Assembly: GCA_037138355.1 (NCBI GenBank)
Contig: JBAXIL010000002.1
Location: 3,728 to 67,727, forward strand
Source: a bacterium
GTDB taxonomy: Bacteria; Oederibacteriota; PGYV01; Palsa-1178
Length of the DNA stretch: 64,000 nt
Direction: 5' to 3'
The position numbers were made by a program, and so were the translations under genes. Below, piece by piece: positions 58,651 through 64,000 of the stretch (position 1 is the first letter of the stretch; every line of letters starts with the position of its first letter). The notes below the pieces were generated by a model, which made no database searches, was not told the DNA's origin, and saw only the letters and a list, made by a program, of their open reading frames with translations.

Positions 58651-60813
58651 TTAATCCACTCTTTCTACTGTCAAAACATCCTTAATCTTCCTTACTGACG
58701 ACATAAGCTCCGATAAATGATTCTGTCCTTTTACATTTATAGATAAATCTGCCTGCAAATGATTTTCAAACAAGATACCTGAATTAAAAGAAGATATTAA
58801 AGCATTATTTTTACCTATTGTTGTCAATATATCGTTGACCAAGTGTTCTCTATTCTTACCTGTTACTTTCAACTTACACATATAATAATTATCTGCCTTT
58901 TCATTCCAGCTGACCTCTACAATAGGTGTTGTTATATTACTCATTGCCAACATGCTACAATTTTTTCTGTGAACTGATATTCCTTTTTTTGTAAATATTC
59001 CAGTAATGTCATCACCTGGCACTGGATTACAACACTTGGCAAACTTATAAGAAATATCACCAAATTCATCCTGTACAATAATTTCACCTTTAGTCACATG
59101 CTTAACTCTTTCAAAGCCCGGCACAAATTCTTTTCTTTCTTTTAAAAATCTCGCTATATGATTTGCCACTTTAGCATCAGAAAACTCTCCATAACCTATT
59201 CCTGCAAATATATCGTCTTTATCTTTAACGCTATACTGTTCTATTAGTCCGCCCCACGCATCTTCAGGTATATCTTCTGGTCTGTGCCCATGCTTAACCA
59301 ATCTTTCATGTAATAATTTTGTTCCTTTTTCTATATTCTCTTTTATATTTTGATTGGTTCGCAGCCAGTGTCTTACCCTGTTTTTAGCTTTGGCTGTCTT
59401 GGCTATTTTCAGCCAATCTACAGTGGGGTGCTGAGAAACACCCTTCAGTATTTCAATTCTGTCACCATTTTGAAGTTCATATTTTAGAGTAACCCATTTG
59501 CCATTAACTTTAGCACCTATACACTTATCTCCCAAATCAGAGTGGACGCTATAAGCAAAGTCAAGAACTATAGAACCTTTGATTAGTTCTTTTACTTCAC
59601 CTTTTGGCGTAAAAACAAAAACCTCTTCATCAAAAAGATCCACCTTTAATTCTTTTATAAACTCTTCACTCTCTCTCATAGAGCCATGCCATTCCAACAG
59701 CTGTCTTACCCAAGCAAAAGCAGAATCAGTTTTCTTGTCAAAAGCTCTCTCTTCTTTATAATTCCAATGTGCTGCAATACCTTCCTCTGCTATCACATCC
59801 ATATCTTTTGTCCTTATCTGTATTTCTACTGGTCTTCCAGCTTCATCTAAAATTGTTGTATGCAAAGACTGATACATATTTGATTTAGGCATAGCTATAT
59901 AATCCTTAAATCTGCCCGGAAGTGGCTTCCAGTAATTATGTATTATGCCGAGTATTGTATAACAGTTATTGCTTGTATCTGTTATTACACGCAAAGCAAT
60001 TAAATCATAGATATTTTCAAATCTTTTATTTTCCCTAACCATTTTTTGATATATGGAATAAAAGTGTTTTGACCTACCTGATATTTCATATGTTATATTA
60101 AGCTTTTGAAGTTCACTTCCAAGTATGCTTTTTAGGTCTTCGATTCTTTTTTCGCGTTCTTCTTTTTTTTCAGCGATTTTTCTTGTAATTTCTCTGTATG
60201 ACTGCTGATTTAAAACAGCAAATGACATATCTTCAAGTTCGGATTTAACTTTTTCCATACCCAATCTATGTGCTAAAGGCGCGTAAACATTCATGGTTTC
60301 ATGTGCTATCACATTTTGCTTTTCTTCATCCAAAAATCTAATTGTACGCATATTATGAAGCCTATCCGCGAGCTTTATTATTATTACTCTTATATCTTTA
60401 GCCATAGCAAAAAACATTTTTTTTAAGGACTCGCTAAAAATCTGACCTCTCGTCTTGAAAACTTTTGCTGTTACATGACTAACACCTTCTACGAGAAAAG
60501 CAGTATTTTCTCCTGCTATTTTTTTTATATCTTCCACAGTGTAGGTTGTGTCTTCTATAACATCATGTAAAAACCCAGCAGCAATTGTGACAGCATCCAT
60601 TTTCATTTCTTTCAGGATTTTTGCCACTTCAAGACTGTGAGTTACATACGGTTCCCCAGACATTCTTTTTTGATTTTGATGAGCCTTATAGGCAAGCTCA
60701 TAAGCGGTCATGATTAGGGTTACGGCTTTATCATCAAAACCCGAAGCTATAATTTTTGCTTGTTCATCATAATCAATTTTATTTTTTTCCAAAATATGCC
60801 TCGCACTCTTCAT
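58651..60813 (-). CDS. spoT: bifunctional (p)ppGpp synthetase/hydrolase (RelA/SpoT family)
   Basis: 720 aa with an HD domain (HDVIEDT), synthetase domain, TGS and ACT domains. Confidence 0.93.
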   Translation of the reverse strand: MKSARHILEKNKIDYDEQAKIIASGFDDKAVTLIMTAYELAYKAHQNQKRMSGEPYVTHSLEVAKILKEMKMDAVTIAAGFLHDVIEDTTYTVEDIKKIAGENTAFLVEGVSHVTAKVFKTRGQIFSESLKKMFFAMAKDIRVIIIKLADRLHNMRTIRFLDEEKQNVIAHETMNVYAPLAHRLGMEKVKSELEDMSFAVLNQQSYREITRKIAEKKEEREKRIEDLKSILGSELQKLNITYEISGRSKHFYSIYQKMVRENKRFENIYDLIALRVITDTSNNCYTILGIIHNYWKPLPGRFKDYIAMPKSNMYQSLHTTILDEAGRPVEIQIRTKDMDVIAEEGIAAHWNYKEERAFDKKTDSAFAWVRQLLEWHGSMRESEEFIKELKVDLFDEEVFVFTPKGEVKELIKGSIVLDFAYSVHSDLGDKCIGAKVNGKWVTLKYELQNGDRIEILKGVSQHPTVDWLKIAKTAKAKNRVRHWLRTNQNIKENIEKGTKLLHERLVKHGHRPEDIPEDAWGGLIEQYSVKDKDDIFAGIGYGEFSDAKVANHIARFLKERKEFVPGFERVKHVTKGEIIVQDEFGDISYKFAKCCNPVPGDDITGIFTKKGISVHRKNCSMLAMSNITTPIVEVSWNEKADNYYMCKLKVTGKNREHLVNDILTTIGKNNALISSFNSGILFENHLQADLSINVKGQNHLSELMSSVRKIKDVLTVERVD

Positions 60814-61462
60814 TTAATTTAAATAATTGTTCAGACAAAAGTGTCTTGCACTTTTCCATGTCAGCCTCTGTCGCATTAGGTGGGACAGTTAAAGGAACCC
60901 CGAACTTAAATATCCCCTTTGCAAAAGGTAGCATTATTATTGTCTTATCCCATGATTTTAGCCGTATTTTTTTATCACAATAAAAGCCAAAAGGAATTAT
61001 TGGTAACCCAGTAAGTTTTGAAAGATATAAAGTTCCGTTTCCAACACTTTTCTCTGGTCCACGCGGTCCATCTGTATTCATTGCTATATCGTAACCAGCT
61101 TCAGCCATTTTTTTTATTTCCATTAGGCCTGCAGCAGCCCCTTTAAAAGTTGAACCTCTGGCGACTTTAAAACCAAAATTACTCACTATTCTGGCTGCTA
61201 TCTCACCATCTAAACTTACTGAGACAAGAGTAGCAATATTAAGATTTCTATAGTAACACACTGGAGCTATCAACCCTCTGTGCCAAAATGCATAAATGTA
61301 TGTCCCTTTTTTATTCTTATAGGGGGTGGTATTTTCTCCGCCTACAACTTTAAATGAATAAGTAAAAGTCAATAGTTTAAGTACTGTTATAAACAAAGGT
61401 AGAGCTAAGTTCATTATTGCCCAATGTTCAAGACTTTTCACAAACTTTGATTTCATAGACAT
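60779..61462 (-). CDS. DUF374 / lysophospholipid-acyltransferase-like protein
   Basis: 227 aa with an N-terminal TM helix and a conserved block YIYAFWHRGLI...DGPRGP, typical of DUF374 proteins found near lipid A/KDO genes. Confidence 0.6.
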   Translation of the reverse strand: MSMKSKFVKSLEHWAIMNLALPLFITVLKLLTFTYSFKVVGGENTTPYKNKKGTYIYAFWHRGLIAPVCYYRNLNIATLVSVSLDGEIAARIVSNFGFKVARGSTFKGAAAGLMEIKKMAEAGYDIAMNTDGPRGPEKSVGNGTLYLSKLTGLPIIPFGFYCDKKIRLKSWDKTIIMLPFAKGIFKFGVPLTVPPNATEADMEKCKTLLSEQLFKLNEECEAYFGKK

Positions 61463-61519
61463 TTCCTTTTTTCCTAATAATATTTTATTAACATATTGCC
61501 TTTCTGTTGAAGCTCATTA

Positions 61520-61548
61520 AATAAAAAGGCGCAGGATATACCTGCGCC
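61520..61548 (-). terminator. rho-independent terminator downstream of the LysM gene
   Basis: In mRNA sense GGCGCAGG-UAUAU-CCUGCGCC followed by UUUUUAUUU: a perfect 8-bp GC stem. Confidence 0.65.
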
Positions 61549-61614
61549 ATTTATATATTTCAGCTTTAACGGATATAAGCTTAAAATATGTCCGCCTTGT
61601 CTCCGTTTAACTTA

Positions 61615-62286
61615 TTAATCTTCCTTTTTCTTTTGCAACATCATTAACGAGACAATTACTGCTATAATTCCGAGAAGAATTGTAAGCAAAAGCATTTTAT
61701 TAGGAACGCTTTTGTTATTTGCATTTTTCTCAGGTTCAGGTATTGCTGTTGGTTGAAGTTCTAAACCATGTTTAGAAGAAGTCCCTTCTCCGGCTACCGA
61801 TGAAGAAGTTGACTTTGCTGTTTTTATTGTGGCAGATGCCTCTTCGCCCTTTTCTTCTTCGGCTTCTTTACCTGTTGCGGCTTTAACTTCCGCTTCTGGC
61901 CAATTTAACTGCGCGGAACGCTGATTTGCTGCTGCAATCTCAATCGCACTTACATTTCTTGGTATTATAAGCTTAATTCCTTCTTTAATTACTTTAAAGT
62001 TATCCAATATGTCTTTGTTAGCATCAAAAATCAAAGGCCACTGGTATTTATTTCCGTAAATCTCTGCCTTTTCTGAAATAGTTGCAAGAGTGTCGCCTGC
62101 TACCACAAGATAAGTTGTCGGCAATTCTTCTTTATTTTTCTGTGAAGCCTCATTTGTTACTTGGTTTTGTTCATCAGCTGCACTTTTGACTTTTGTTCCG
62201 CCACCGCATCCAATAAACAAAATCATTCCAACAGCAAAAAGAAGTGTAAAAAAAGCAATTAAAAGTTTTTTCATTTTTCCTCCCAA
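61615..62286 (-). CDS. LysM-domain lipoprotein with acidic low-complexity region and C-terminal TM helix
   Basis: Lipobox LFIGCGG. LysM segment YLVVAGDTLATISEKAEIYGNKYQWPLIFDANKD. An E/K/A-rich linker follows, then the C-terminal helix LLLTILLGIIAVIVSLMML. Confidence 0.7.
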   Translation of the reverse strand: MGGKMKKLLIAFFTLLFAVGMILFIGCGGGTKVKSAADEQNQVTNEASQKNKEELPTTYLVVAGDTLATISEKAEIYGNKYQWPLIFDANKDILDNFKVIKEGIKLIIPRNVSAIEIAAANQRSAQLNWPEAEVKAATGKEAEEEKGEEASATIKTAKSTSSSVAGEGTSSKHGLELQPTAIPEPEKNANNKSVPNKMLLLTILLGIIAVIVSLMMLQKKKED

Positions 62287-62441
62287 TTTGAATAATATGT
62301 AATAAAATAATTATATCATTTAAATTTCTCTTGTCAAGTTTTTATGCTCAGCTCTCCTTTTTTATCCTTATATTACAGGTGTATATTGATTAATATCAGA
62401 CCCTGCCGCGTTATATTTATCATAATCCAATCAATCGGCAA

Positions 62442-62471
62442 TTGACAATATAGCTTAAAAAGAATTATAAT
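62442..62471 (+). promoter_or_regulatory. candidate sigma70 promoter for the MFS transporter (TTGACA-N18-TATAAT)
   Basis: The -35 is at 62442-62447 and the -10 at 62466-62471. Confidence 0.4.
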
Positions 62472-62477
62472 GCCTTC

Positions 62478-63641
62478 ATGGAAAAAGAGAAAAACTTAAA
62501 AAGGTTTATGCTTACAATAGCGCTTTTCATGGCAGCGGCAGTCTTATCAGATGCTTTTGTCAATATTTATCTTTGGAGATTAAAATCTGATTACATCCCC
62601 ATAACATTATATATGCTCTCCTGTTATTTTACTGTGCCAATAGTATTTTATTTGTGTGGTTATATAGGCATGCGCATTGACCGCGTTACTATATATATAA
62701 TAGGTATCTTCTGCTACATTACTTTTTACTCTATGGTATTGGTTTTTAGGGAGAATATAACCCAGCATGTAATACTTTGGGGTTTTGTTAAGGGACTTGC
62801 TATGGGCTTTTTCTTTTTTGGATATCACATACTTACTTTTGATTATACTTCTACTGCTAACAGAGATTCATTTTATGCTAATGCCTCGATCATATCTGGA
62901 GTTAGCTCGCTACTTGGCCCCGTAACTGCTGGCTTCGTAATTAATTATTATAAGAACTTTTCAGGATATTACATAATATTTGCCTGTTCTCTCGTTTTAT
63001 TTATCACAGCAGTGATTCTTTCCTTTTCCATGAAGTCCACGCCAATAAAAAGGCCTTATAAAATCGAAGACCTCATATTCACAAAAAACAAGAAATGGAA
63101 AGATACTATGATTGCTTTTCTTTTTCTATCAGGCAAGGATACTATCGCAATGTTTTTGATAGGAATACTTGTATTTAAATCTACTGGTAGTGAGTTTTCA
63201 TTAGGCAAGTACACCATGTTTGTGGCAATTGCAACCATTACTACCGCGTGGCTACTTGGGAAATTTTCAAAACCCCATACAAGACAAGGCTATGTGTTGT
63301 CAGGAGCTATTCTTGCTTTTGCTTCTGCATTTCTTTTAATGTATAAAATAAATTTTATTACGCTTTTAATATATGGAATAGTAGGAGCAATAGCTGATTA
63401 TCTTGTTAGAATTCCTATCTCGGCACACGCTTTAGATGTCATAAGCTTAGATGCCAAAGCGAGCGAAAGAAAAATGGAATATATAGTAGCAAGGGATGTA
63501 CCTATAGCAATCGGTAGAATTACCATGCTTATTGTTTTTGTATTATTTCTGCAATATATGCCACTTAGCGGTATAAAGGCCATAATAATGCTTATCTCCA
63601 TATTTCCTTTTGGTGTTTACTGGGCAATGTATAAGAGATAA
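62478..63641 (+). CDS. MFS-type transporter
   Basis: 387 aa with about 12 TM helices and an MFS-like topology. Confidence 0.8.
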   Translation: MEKEKNLKRFMLTIALFMAAAVLSDAFVNIYLWRLKSDYIPITLYMLSCYFTVPIVFYLCGYIGMRIDRVTIYIIGIFCYITFYSMVLVFRENITQHVILWGFVKGLAMGFFFFGYHILTFDYTSTANRDSFYANASIISGVSSLLGPVTAGFVINYYKNFSGYYIIFACSLVLFITAVILSFSMKSTPIKRPYKIEDLIFTKNKKWKDTMIAFLFLSGKDTIAMFLIGILVFKSTGSEFSLGKYTMFVAIATITTAWLLGKFSKPHTRQGYVLSGAILAFASAFLLMYKINFITLLIYGIVGAIADYLVRIPISAHALDVISLDAKASERKMEYIVARDVPIAIGRITMLIVFVLFLQYMPLSGIKAIIMLISIFPFGVYWAMYKR

Positions 63642-63645
63642 AGAA

Positions 63646-64000
63646 TCAGCGATTGTTTTCCATATTTGGTTTATTATCGTCTTGATTATCCTGATTGTTT
63701 TTCAAATCTTTTTTGTCTTGAATATGTTTCTCTTTTTGTGCTTTCTCATTATTAGCTTGTGCCTCTCCCGTAGTGTCAGTCGTGTCTGGTGGCAAAGCCT
63801 CATCAGCAATATCAGAATTTATTGTTTCAGTATTTAGAGCTTCATTTTGTCTATTCTTATTTTTACTTATTTTTTGACTTTTTTGTTTCTCAGCCATGTT
63901 CGATTTATGTCCCTGCTGTGATTGAGCTTTGGGATCATTGACTTCCTCAGTCGGAACAATAACAGAAGCAGTGTTGCTATCATTTAATATTTCAGTACTG
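63646..64000 (-). CDS. C-terminal part of a low-complexity acidic, Asn/Gln/Asp-rich protein (gene runs off window end)
   Basis: The frame stays open upstream of the annotated Met through to the window edge. The composition is disordered-like (NNEKAQKEKHIQDKKDLKNNQDNQDDNKPNMENNR). Confidence 0.5.
   Translation of the reverse strand, partial: STEILNDSNTASVIVPTEEVNDPKAQSQQGHKSNMAEKQKSQKISKNKNRQNEALNTETINSDIADEALPPDTTDTTGEAQANNEKAQKEKHIQDKKDLKNNQDNQDDNKPNMENNR

Overview
This is a low-GC bacterial chromosomal window, about 60 kb of which is transcribed from the minus strand. Only four genes are on the plus strand: MTHFS, NUDIX, rpmB and an MFS transporter. From the window start it contains: a partial asd gene; a complete 8-gene branched-chain amino-acid operon (ilvD-ilvB-ilvN-ilvC-leuA-leuC-leuD-leuB); an aldo/keto reductase with a 4Fe-4S domain; a TPR-protein-associated TRAP transporter (tatT-dctP-dctQ-dctM) with an upstream secreted DUF3108-like protein and a small beta-barrel OMP; tldD, rnhA, kdsA, pyrG and kdsB; an LPS inner-core heptose cluster with two paralogous split-HldE pairs plus gmhA, gmhB, a GT9 heptosyltransferase and msbA; apt, an RpoD-family sigma factor and acyP; tRNA-Pro(GGG) with a tandemly duplicated upstream segment; merR, gpsA, plsY and der; a two-gene module made of a short secretin and a fused CpaE-like/CpaF ATPase; MTHFS, NUDIX, birA, nadC and valS; a GerMN protein next to an Amidase_3 gene; accA and nrdR; an O-antigen-ligase/TPR protein; glyA, rpiB, spoVS, rsmI, rpmB, relA/spoT, a DUF374 acyltransferase-like protein, a LysM lipoprotein and an MFS transporter. 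No CRISPR array, transposase, integrase or prophage genes are visible. The observations I rate most worth a second look are: (1) a near-consensus sigma70 promoter driving a 38-codon ORF that is 45% Ile/Val/Leu, followed by structured RNA and an intrinsic terminator upstream of ilvD, which looks like a candidate leader-peptide attenuator for the whole ilv-leu operon; (2) an orphan secretin plus TadZ/TadA-type fusion ATPase with no pilin, platform or peptidase genes nearby; (3) a possible trans-envelope uptake route (OMP, DUF3108 carrier, TatT/TatP, TRAP permease, Fe-S aldo/keto reductase); (4) duplicated heptose kinase/nucleotidyltransferase pairs; (5) a seven-copy 17-bp tandem repeat filling the ilvB-ilvN intercistronic space; (6) a Lys/Ala-rich C-terminal tail on IlvC.
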